From Pecten maximus (taxonomy: Eukaryota), in assembly GCF_902652985.1 (NCBI RefSeq), contig NC_047022.1:43338001-43402000 (forward strand): 64,000 nucleotides of DNA, given 5' to 3'. Below the pieces are notes generated by a model, which was not told the DNA's origin, searched no databases, and was given only the letters and a program-made list of their open reading frames with translations. Position 1 is the stretch's first letter. Each line of letters begins with the position of its first letter. Position numbers and translations under genes: made by a program. Shown in pieces: positions 27,501 to 38,548 of the stretch.

Positions 27501-30500
27501 GTCTGTAGTGTAGATACCTAGAGGGTGACGGGGGATTTAGGGGTCTGTAGTGTAGATACCTAGAGGGTGACGGAGGATCTAGGGGTCTGTAGTGTAGATA
27601 CCTAGAGGGTGGCGGAGGATCTAGGGGCCTGTAGTGTAGATACCTAGAGGGTGACGGAGGATCTAGGGGTCTGTAGTGTAGATACATAGAGGGTGACGGA
27701 GGATCTAGGGGTCTGTAGTGTAGATACCTACAGGGTGACGGGGGATCTAGGGGTCTGTAGTGTAGATACCTAGAGGGTGACGGGGGATCTAGGGGTCTGT
27801 AGTGTAGATACCTAGAGGGTGACGGGGGATCTAGGGGTCTGTAGTGTAGATACCTAGAGGGTGACGGGGGATCTAGGGGTCTGTAGTGTAGATACCTAGA
27901 GGGTGACGGAGGATCTAGGGGTCTGTAGTGTAGATACCTAGAGGGTGACGGAGGATCTAGGGGTCTGTAGTGTAGATACCTAGAGGGTGACGGGGGATCT
28001 AGGGGTCTGTAGTGTAGATACCTAGAGGGTGACGGAGGATCTAGGGGTCTGTAGTGTAGATACCTAGAGGGTGACGGGGGATCTAGGGGTCTGTAGTGTA
28101 GATACCTAGAGGGTGACGGAGGATCTAGGGGTCTGTAGTGTAGATACCTAGAGGGTGACGGAGGATCTAGGGGTCTGTAGTGTAGATACCTAGAGGGTGA
28201 CGGGGGATCTAGGGGTCTGTAGTGTAGATACCTAGAGGGTGACGGAGGATCTAGGGGTCTGTAGTGTAGATACCTAGAGGGTGACGGAGGATCTAGGGGT
28301 CTGTAGTGTAGATACCTAGAGGGTGACGGGGGATCTAGGGGTCTGTAGTGTAGATACCTAGAGGGTGACGGGGGATCTAGGGGTCTGTAGTGTAGATACC
28401 TAGAGGGTGACGGGGGATCTAGGGGTCTGTAGTGTAGATACCTAGAGGTGACGGAGGATCTAGGGGTATGTAGTGTAGATACCTAGAGGTGACGGAGGAT
28501 CTAGGGGTCTGTAGTGTAGATACCTAGAGGGTGACGGGGGATCTAGGGGTCTGTAGTGTAGATACCTAGAGGGTGACGGAGGATCTAGGGGTCTGTAGTG
28601 TAGATACCTAGAGGGTGAGGGGGGATCTAGGGGTCTGTAGTGTAGATACCTAGAGGGTGACGGAGGATCTAGGGGTCTGTAGTGTATAGATACCTAGAGG
28701 TGACGGAGGATCTAGGGGTCTGTAGTGTAGATACCTAGAGGGTGACGGAGGATCTAGGGGTCTGTAGTGTAGATACATAGAGGGTGACGGAGGATCTAGG
28801 GGTCTGTAGTGTAGATACCTAGAGGGTGACGGAGGATCTAGGGGTCTGTAGTGTAGATACCTAGAGGGTGACGGAGGATCTAGGGGTCTGTAGTGTAGAT
28901 ACCTAGAGGGTGACGGGGGATCTAGGGGTCTGTAGTGTAGATACCTAGAGGGTGACGGGGGATCTAGGGGTCTGTAGTGTAGATACCTAGAGGGTGGACG
29001 GAGGATCTAGGGGTCTGTAGTGTAGATACCTAGAGGGTGACGGGGGATCTAGGGGTCTGTAGTGTAGATACCTAGAGAGGTGACGGGGGATCTAGGGGTC
29101 CTGTAGTGTAGATACCTAGAGGGTGACGGGGGATCTAGGGGTCTGTAGTGTAGATACCTAGAGGGTGACGGAGGATCTAGGGGCCTGTAGTGTAGATACC
29201 TAGAGGGTGACGGGGGATCTAGGGGTCTGTAGTGTAGATACCTAGAGGGTGACGGGGGATCTAGGGGTCTGTAGTGTAGATACCTAGAGGGTGACGGGGG
29301 ATCTAGGGGTCTGTAGTGTAGATACCTAGAGGGTGACGGAGGATCTAGGGGTCTGTAGTGTAGATACCTAGAGGGTGGACGGAGGATCTAGGGGTCTGTA
29401 GTGTAGATACCTAGAGGGTGACGGAGGATCTAGGGGTCTGTAGTGTAGATACCTAGAGGGTGACGGAGGATCTAGGGGTCTGTAGTGTAGATACCTAGAG
29501 GGTGACGGGGGATCTAGGGGTCTGTAGTGTAGATACCTAGAGGGTGACGGGGGATCTAGGGGTCTGTAGTGTAGATACCTAGAGGGTGACGGGGATCTAG
29601 GGGTCTGTAGTGTAGATACCTAGAGGGTGACGGAGGATCTAGGGGTCTGTAGTGTAGATACCTAGAGGGTGACGGGGATCTAGGGGTCTGTAGTGTAGAT
29701 ACCTAGAGGGTGACGGGGGATCTAGGGGTCTGTAGTGTAGATACCTAGAGGGTGACGGAGGATCTAGGGGTCTGTAGTGTAGATACCTAGAGGGTGACGG
29801 GGGATCTAGGGGTCTGTAGTGTAGATACCTAGAGGGTGACGGAGGATCTAGGGGTCTGTAGTGTAGATACCTAGAGGGTGACGGGGGATCTAGGGGTCTG
29901 TAGTGTAGATACCTAGAGGGTGACGGAGGATCTAGGGGTCTGTAGTGTATAGATACCTAGAGGTGACGGAGGATCTAGGGGTCTGTAGTGTAGATACCTA
30001 GAGGGTGACGGAGGATCTAGGGGCCTGTAGTGTAGATACATAGAGGGTGACGGAGGATCTAGGGGTCTGTAGTGTAGATACCTAGAGAGTGACGGAGGAT
30101 CTAGGGGTCTGTAGTGTAGATACCTAGAGGGTGACGGAGGATCTAGGGGTCTGTAGTGTAGATACCTAGAGGGTGACGGAGGATCTAGGGGTCTGTAGTG
30201 TAGATACCTAGAGGGTGACGGGGGATCTAGGGGTCTGTAGTGTAGATACCTAGAGGGTGACGGGGGATCTAGGGGTCTGTAGTGTAGATACCTAGAGGGT
30301 GGCGGAGGATCTAGGGGTCTGTAGTGTAGATACCTAGAGGGTGACGGAGGATCTAGGGGTCTGTAGTGTAGATACCTAGAGGATGATAGAGGATCTAGGG
30401 GTCTGTAGTGTAGATACCTAGAGGGTGACTGGGGATCTAGGGGTCTGTAGTGTAGATACCTAGAGGGTGACGGAGGATCTAGGGGTCTGTAGTGTAGATA

Positions 30501-31673
30501 CCTAGAGGGTGACGGGGGATCTAGGGGTCTGTAGTGTAGATACATAGAGGGTGACGGAGGATCTAGGGGTCTGTAGTGTAGATACCTAGAGGATGATAGA
30601 GGATCTAGGGGTCTGTAGTGTAGATACCTAGAGGGTGACGGAGGATCTAGGGGCCTGTAGTGTAGATACCTAGAGTGTGACGGAGGATCTAGGGGTCTGT
30701 AGTGTAGATACCTAGAGGGTGTCGGGGGATCTAGGGGTCTGTAGTGTAGATACCTAGAGGGTGACGGAGGATCTAGGGGTCTGTAGTGTAGATACCTAGA
30801 GGGTGACGGAGGATCTAGGGGTCTGTAGTGTAGATACCTAGAGAGTGACGGGGGATCAAGGGGTCTGTAGTGTAGATACCTAGAGGGTGACGGAGGATCT
30901 AGGGGTCTGTAGTGTAGATACCTAGAGGTGACGGAGGATCTAGGGGTCTGTAGTGTAGATACCTAGAGGGTGACGGAGGATCTAGGGGTCTGTAGTGTAG
31001 ATACCTAGAGGGTGACGGGGGATCTAGGGGTCTGTAGTGTAGATACCTAGAGGGTGACGGGGGATCTAGGGGTCTGTAGTGTAGATACCTAGAGGGTGAC
31101 GGAGGATCTAGGGGTCTGTAGTGTAGATACCTAGAGGGTGACGGAGGATCTAGGGGTCTGTAGTGTAGATACCTAGAGGGTGACGGGGGATCTAGGGGTC
31201 TGTAGTGTAGATACCTAGAGGGTGACGGAGGATCTAGGGGTCTGTAGTGTAGATACCTAGAGGGTGACGGAGGATCTAGGGGTCTGTAGTGTAGATACCT
31301 AGAGGGTGACGGAGGATCTAGGGGTCTGTAGTGTAGATACCTAGAGGGTGACGGAGGATCTAGGTGGTGTATTGCCCTTTAATGTTAATAAATGACATAA
31401 TTTTCAATGTAGGATTTCAAAATGATGGCAAGTAAATGTATCAATATTCAAACGTGATATACGCGTTACTTGAATGTACCACGTGACTTTTCTCCAACAG
31501 TAAGGACCCTAGCGCTTCCTTCCGAGCAAGCTATAATAATATAGGTTGACGTACCTTGTTCACAATTGTTGTGAGACAAATAAAGTCTATAGTTTTTACG
31601 ACAAACATGATGTTCTCACCATAAACACCACCGTTACGAGGAAGAGAGTGATACCAGCTGGTCTGAACGTCAT
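24571..31673 (-). CDS. Prokineticin/astakine-like 10-Cys secreted peptide, paralogue B (112 aa)
   Basis: Exons 31673-31620 (MTFRPAGITLFLVTVVFM, donor GTGAGA), 25330-25192, 24897-24775 and 24593-24571. Remainder: [94 protein letters not shown]. Same intron phases as A and C; AATAAA near 24501. Confidence 0.9.
25301..25471 (-). repeat. 57-bp triplication spanning the exon-2 splice acceptor of paralogue B
   Basis: Three copies of gtgggagtgacatccttctgacacaccaWactgatttaataatggtaacatacagta; possible exon starts at 25444, 25387 and 25330. Confidence 0.9.
25603..31363. repeat. 42-bp G-rich minisatellite, about 137 copies, in intron 1 of paralogue B
   Basis: Unit gacggRggatctaggggtctgtagtgtagatacctagagggt. 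Source of the YLHYRPLDPPSPSR ORFs. Confidence 0.97.
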
Positions 31674-32077
31674 CCTAGCACGTAATATGTCCAAGTCAGG
31701 TATCGGATGTGTATGTGTGCCAGGTAGTAATCTTATCAGTTAGACTGGTGTTAGATTCCAAGATTTTAACCACTGGAACGTACCAATGACAAATATAAAT
31801 AAAACTGATAAGGCTCCTTCCAGGTGACACTCTTTTCTCTAAATCCGAAACAATCACTTTATCTTCTGATTAGCTAAGAAAGTTTTAACAACACTCGACA
31901 ATAAACTTATACCTGAATTAGACCAATTCCTTATTCTACAGGCCCCATTGTTATAATTGTCATTAATTATGACATTCTCTTGTTACTGCTGTTGGACAGT
32001 TGTGTTAATATGTCGATAGCAGATGATGACCAAGTCAATGTGAACACTTTAACGTCTTCTTTCTACAGACAACATAA

Positions 32078-32232
32078 GGTAGGAGACGAAAAACAAGAAA
32101 TAGGAAATTCACGATTGAAAGATCAAAATAGAAGCTATCATACTTCATCGACGACACTCGCAAAGCTAGGGGACGAAAAACAAGAAATAGGAAATTCGCG
32201 GTTGAAAAATCAAAATAGAAGCTATCATACTA
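32078..32232. repeat. About 88-bp diverged direct duplication
   Basis: tagg(a/g)gacgaaaaacaagaaataggaaattc...caaaatagaagctatcatact occurs twice. Confidence 0.75.
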
Positions 32233-32542
32233 TTTATTGAATGTCATCCTTTTATATTCCGAGAAACGTAGATGTCGATGTGACCAGCTGATATAGAAGA
32301 GTTTGTAGTGTTAGTGTTATAGATTAGGTATATACAGTCGACGTTAACTTCCAATACATCGTCGGTCTTCTTTCCTTGCTTATGTTCTCTTTGATTTAAA
32401 GTTACAGGTGTGATGTTGGTATAAATTGGTTTTTACACACAGAATACACAACAGGTCAAAGTTAACGTAAACATTGTTTATTATCCTATACAGTTACAGA
32501 CTGTTTTATTAAAGCTTTAAACATTCCATCCGTCCACTGTCT

Positions 32543-35500
32543 TTAGTGATGAGTACATACACCTACAAACAAAAAGGAAATCACACACGTTTTACATGTA
32601 CACTACCTGATATTCCACCTAATCTCAATATCCAAATATCCTTGTTTTTCCATGAGAATCTTTGTTTTGATGATATTTTCTTTTTTTGTTCACAGGTCGA
32701 TATTGTTTTCTTGGTTTGTTGCTACACAATGTCATATTAAATATAAGTAAAGGAATCATCTCAAAACTATGGCGACATGACAGGTTTACTTAACCCAGGT
32801 AAACAATGACAATACAGGTATCCCTAACCCAGGTAAAACAATGACAATACAGGTATCCCTAACCCAGGTAATCAATGACAATACAGGTATCACTAACCCA
32901 GGTAATCAATGACAATACAGGTATCCCTAACCCAGATAATCAATGACATTACATGTATCCCTAACCCAGGTAATCAATGACAATACAGGTATCCCTAACC
33001 CAGGTAATCAATGACATTACAGGTATCCCTAACCCAGGTAATCAATGACAATACAGGTATCCCTAACCCAGGTAATCAATGATATTACAGGTATCCCTAA
33101 CCCAGGTAATCAATGACATTACTGGTATCCCTAACCCTGGTAATCAATGACAATACATGTATCCCTAACCCAGGTAATCAATGACATTACAGGTATCCCT
33201 AACCCAGGTAATCAATGACAATACAGGTATCCCTAACCCTGGTAATCAATGACAATACATGTATCCCTAACTATGGTAATCAATGACAATACAGGTATCC
33301 CTAACCCAGGTAATCAATGACAATACAGGTATCCCTAACCAAGGTAATCAATGACAATACAGGTATCCCTAACCAAGGTAATCAATGACAATACAGGTAT
33401 CCCTAACCAAGGTAATCAATGACAATACAGGTATCCCTAACCCAGGTAGTCAATGACAACACAGGTATCCCTAACCCAGGTAATCAATGACATTACATGT
33501 ATCCCTAACCCAAGTAATCAATGACAATACAGGTATCCGTAACCCAGGTAGTCAATGACAATACAGGTATCCCTAACCCAGGTAAACAATGATAATACAG
33601 GTATCCCTAACCCAGGTAATCAATGACAATACAGGTATCACTAACCCAGGTAATCAATGACATTACAGGTATCCCTAACCCTGGTAATCAATGACATTAC
33701 ATGTATCCCTAACCCAGGTAGTCAATGACAATACAGGTAACCCTAATCCAGGTAATCAATGACAATACAGGTAACCCTAACCCAGGTAATCAATGACATT
33801 TCAGGTATCCCTAACCCGGGTAATCAAAGACAATACAGGTATCCCTAACCCTGGTAATCGAAGACAATACAGGTATCCCTAACCCAGGTAATCAATGACA
33901 ATACAGGTATCCCTAACCCAGATAATCAATGCCATTACAGGTATCCCTAACCCAGGTAATCAATGACATTACAGGTATCCCTAACCCTGGTAATCAATGA
34001 CAATACATGTATCCCTAACTATGGTAATCAATGACAATACAGGTATCCCTAACCCAGGTAATCAATGACAATACAGGTATCCCTAACCAAGGTAATCAAT
34101 GACAATACAGGTATCCCTAACCAAGGTAATTAATGAAAATACAGGTATCCCTAACCCAGGTAGTCAATGACAACACAGGTATCCCTAACCCAGGTAATCA
34201 ATGACATTACATGTATCCCTAACCCAAGTAATCAATGACAATACAGGTATCCCTAACCCAGGTAATCAATGACAATACAGGTATCCCTAACCAAGGTAAT
34301 CAATGACAATACAGGTATCCCTAACCCAGGTAATCAATGACATTACAGGTATCCCTAACCCAGGTAATCAATGACATTACAGGTATCCCTAACCCAGGTA
34401 ATCAATGACAATACAGGTATCCCTAACCCAGGTAATCAATGACATTACAGGTATCCCTAACCCAGGTAATCAATAACAATACAGGTATCCCTAACTATGG
34501 TAATCAATGACAACACAGGTATCCCTAACCCAGGTAATCAATGACATTACAGGTATCCCTAACCCAGGTAATCAATGACATTACAGGTATCCCTAACCCA
34601 GGTAATCAATGACATTACAGGTATCCCTAACCCAGGTAATCAATGACAATACAGGTATCCCTAACCCTGGTAATCGAAGACAATACAGGTATCCCTAACC
34701 CAGGTAATCAATGACAATACAGGTATCCCTAACCCAGATAATCAATGCCATTACAGGTATCCCTAACCCAGGTAATCAATGACATTACAGGTATCCCTAA
34801 CCCTGGTAATCAATGACAATACATGTATCCCTAACTATGGTAATCAATGACAATACAGGTATCCCTAACCCAGGTAATCAATGACAATACAGGTATCCCT
34901 AACCAAGGTAATCAATGACAATACAGGTATCCCTAACCAAGGTAATTAATGAAAATACAGGTATCCCTAACCCAGGTAGTCAATGACAACACAGGTATCC
35001 CTAACCCAGGTAATCAATGACATTACATGTATCCCTAACCCAAGTAATCAATGACAATACAGGTATCCCTAACCCAGGTAATCAATGACAATACAGGTAT
35101 CCCTAACCAAGGTAATCAATGACAATACAGGTATCCCTAACCCAGGTAATCAATGACATTACAGGTATCCCTAACCCAGGTAATCAATGACATTACAGGT
35201 ATCCCTAACCCAGGTAATCAATGACAATACAGGTATCCCTAACCCAGGTAATCAATGACATTACAGGTATCCCTAACCCAGGTAATCAATAACAATACAG
35301 GTATCCCTAACTATGGTAATCAATGACAACACAGGTATCCCTAACCCCGGAAACCAACGAAATTATAAGGTGACACAACAATCTTCATAATTAACTACCT
35401 CAAACAGCGAGTGCTCGAAAGGCCAGCGTTCCTGTGCTTTGTATATATGGCTTATTTCATTATTATAACGTCAACGATTCAAAGAAGGTGTCAGTCAGCC

Positions 35501-37452
35501 AATTAAAATATAGGCATTTCCATACCGACAGGAACTGTTGTGAGCTACTGATTTAATTTTTTTTTTTTTTTTTCATGTAGATGAAATCTGATCTATTCTG
35601 CATCAAGTAAAGACTGAGTACCCGATTCGCCTAGCGGGACTTCAAAATAGCCGCTTCCTTTACACATCAGCCCAGCACCACATGGACATGCGTACACGAT
35701 ATCAGAGGGTGGTGTTGTGAGGCCTCCTCCGTACCGTACCAGACATCCTGAAAACACATCTAATGTGAAGGTCTGGACAGCAAGGCATTTTATCTTCTCT
35801 CGGAACTCATGTCGTGATCGTAAAATAATTTGCAAAATTGATAATTAAACTAATGATAATTGATAATTGAACTAACGATAATTGAAAATTGAACTATCGA
35901 TAATTGATAATTGAACTAACGATAATTGATAATTGAACTAACGATAATTGAAAATTGAACTATCGATAATTGATAATTGAACTATCGATAATTGATAATT
36001 GAACTATCGATTGTGTTTCTAACAGAGCGGGTGGCTATCAACTACCAATCCTCCACACATGTGCCTGTTAAAATTGAAGGAAATATAAAGATGGATTGAT
36101 CTCGAGGTCACCGTCACTCCGTGATCTTCAAATTAGTGATTTGGTCATTGCATACATATATATTTGTCATCTATCAAATAGATAATTTGTATGCCTTCGA
36201 TTTCGCCATAACAAAACTAAGATTCCAGGTGTTGAGAGAGCGAGAGGGAATGTCACCCTTGGAATATGGAGGATGCCGATACTTTAACTCACGTGCTCCT
36301 TGTTGGCCCATAGCTTGGCAGTGTCCGGCCTCTAGGAGGGACATTCGTCTCCCCCTGGGAGGATTGTTGGAGACACAACATTCGTTGGACCCACAGTCTT
36401 GTTGTGAATAACAGCCTTCTGATGAACCAAACTAACAAAGAAAAGTCAATTGTTTTATAACCGGATTTGACCTAGATTTGTATGACGGGTGTCGTCGTGA
36501 CCGAGATTTGTATGACGGGTGTCGTCGTGACCGAGATTTGTATGACGGGTGTCGTCGTGACCGAGATTGGTATGACGGGTGTCGTCGTGACGTAGATTGG
36601 TATGACGGGTGTCGTCGTGACCTAGATTGGTATGACGGGTGTCGTCGTGACCGAGATTGGTATGACGGGTGTCGTCGTGACCTAGATTGGTATGACGGGT
36701 GTCGTCGTGACCTAGATTTACATATTTGCCCCTCGTTTTGTCGATTCCAAGTAAGAGTTAAGGTTTCGTTATTATGTTGGGTATGTTGTTTTTGACAATC
36801 TCTTCATACACAGTGTTTGTTGACAATAAATATTGTCAATGATATATAAAGGTAGGTTATCAAACCATTGAGTATTTACACTAACATATATTGTATTGCT
36901 AACAGATACTCTATTATAAGAGAAATGATAACTAATCCGTTTGATCTACATAGATCTGGAGGCTTTGATACCGACATAAAACAATTATGTAAACTAACTT
37001 ATATTATTAATATTAACAGTCACATTGGCTTAAATCGTGTAAACCAGTGTCGTTGGTTTTATTTATTTGTTTTTGAATAGCAGAAGAAAATACACTATTA
37101 CAGAAGGATACCGAATCAATTATACAGTGACATTACGTCATATAGTCTAAACTTTGATTTACGTAAACACATTTACATGTTAAAATATACTATCGATAAT
37201 AATACTGTCGATAGTGGAACTACCTGACACGGGCATTCGGTTCATAACTGATCTGATATCATGATAACCTTATTTATAGGCGACAGTGCGGAGATACATA
37301 CATGTTATTTAGGGAGCAGCACTGACTGTCAACAACTTATCGAAAACACCACCAATGATACTGGAACAAAACGTGGCCTTGACCTCAACATTGCCGAGAT
37401 AACTTACCGAAAACAGTACCAAAAACACCAGGACAAAACTCGCCGCCATCAT
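32543..37452 (-). CDS. Prokineticin/astakine-like 10-Cys secreted peptide, paralogue C (109 aa)
   Basis: Exons 37452-37408 (MMAASFVLVFLVLFS, donor GTAAGT), 36431-36293, 35747-35622 and 32562-32543. Remainder: FGSSEGCYSQQDCGSNECCVSNNPPRGRRMSLLEAGHCQAMGQQGARCLVRYGGGLTTPPSDIVYACPCGAGLMCKGSGYFEVPLGESGVCTHH*. AATAAA near 32505 and 32477. Confidence 0.92.
32789..35347. repeat. 34-bp minisatellite containing CCCTAACCC, about 75 copies, in intron 3 of paralogue C
   Basis: Unit ccctaacccaggtaatcaatgacaatacaggtat. Confidence 0.97.
35835..36011. repeat. 22-bp AT-rich tandem repeat, about 8 copies
   Basis: Unit ttgataattgaactatcgataa. Confidence 0.85.
36467..36720. repeat. 30-bp minisatellite, about 8 copies
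   Basis: Unit gacctagattggtatgacgggtgtcgtcgt. A diverged single copy lies at about 47833-47875. Confidence 0.92.
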
Positions 37453-38548
37453 GGAATATTGCTATGTGATGGTAGTCTACAGATCCCCTTATCTGAACAT
37501 ACAACATTTACTGAAAGGTCATATCATACGCCTTTTCAGAAATAAATAGGAAATCCTCAGCAAAGGCTATAATGGACACCTCTTCATACTGAAATGCTGC
37601 ACAGACAGCTTCACTTGGGACACCCAATAAATTAGAGATTTGAACATCTTTGTCTGCTTGATCGAAGGCCGCATATACATAAACGGGATATTTGTTGACA
37701 AAATTGTTAAACAATGTATTAGACTATATCTCGCAAATTAGCTATATTTGCCTCTCTACAGTCTAAGTACAATATGACAGACAATATTGGGTGTATGCTA
37801 CCTAGGGCTAGGGTTAAGCTTAACCGCACTAACATTAGTTTATTGAAAACTAAATGTACAGGTGTATGTATGTTAAGGTTAAGAATTAAATACGACGAGA
37901 AAATATAAACTTAGAACTTACACGTTATATCTAGCTAAAATTATTTTTTTTGTGGTAAGTTTAAAAATAGATATGTTTTAATCAAAAGCCAACACAGTAA
38001 TAATATTCACATAACATTAGCTAATTGATGCAAATCATGAGTGTATGAAGTAAGCATGATTTTAAACAATACAGGTTTGCTTTAGAGATAGCAACAAGTG
38101 ATTTTAAGATTGTTTAAAATTCAATTCCAGTTCAATTTGTAAGTACATTATTTGATCTCACCCTGAGGTGTTTGACGTATAGCAGTTTTCCATGAAATTC
38201 ACCTTTAGATATAAGACATATCACTTTCATATGGTGAGAACCATTGTAATGACGAGAAAATAGTACACTGATGAAATTATACACAACTTAGCTCCACGAA
38301 AACGACATATTCTCGATGAATGAACCAACGATAATAAAGTGATCATGTTGGGAGTATGAGAGAAATATCTATGTGCTTTTTCTGTGTGCATTGTGGTTTC
38401 GACTTTTGCCATGATAAAGTTTGATTTCAGTTACTCGTTACTAGTTTCATTCTTCAAATTAATCGTTATTCAAGTAATTTCTCGATTGTATTCATCGATC
38501 ATATTTTACGAAAATTATAATCGTTCCGAAGACTGCATGCGATTAATG

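Noticed and set aside
26909-30545. Pro-rich extensin-like ORFs
   Set aside because: An intronic 42-bp array with many frameshifting indels.
31555-31608. Alternative exon 1 for paralogue B (MFVVKTIDFICLTTIVNK|GTACGT)
   Set aside because: The phase fits, but it is a poorer signal peptide than 31620-31673.
37508-37714. Protein-like 68-aa ORF upstream of paralogue C
   Set aside because: No ATG start, no splice context and no recognisable family.
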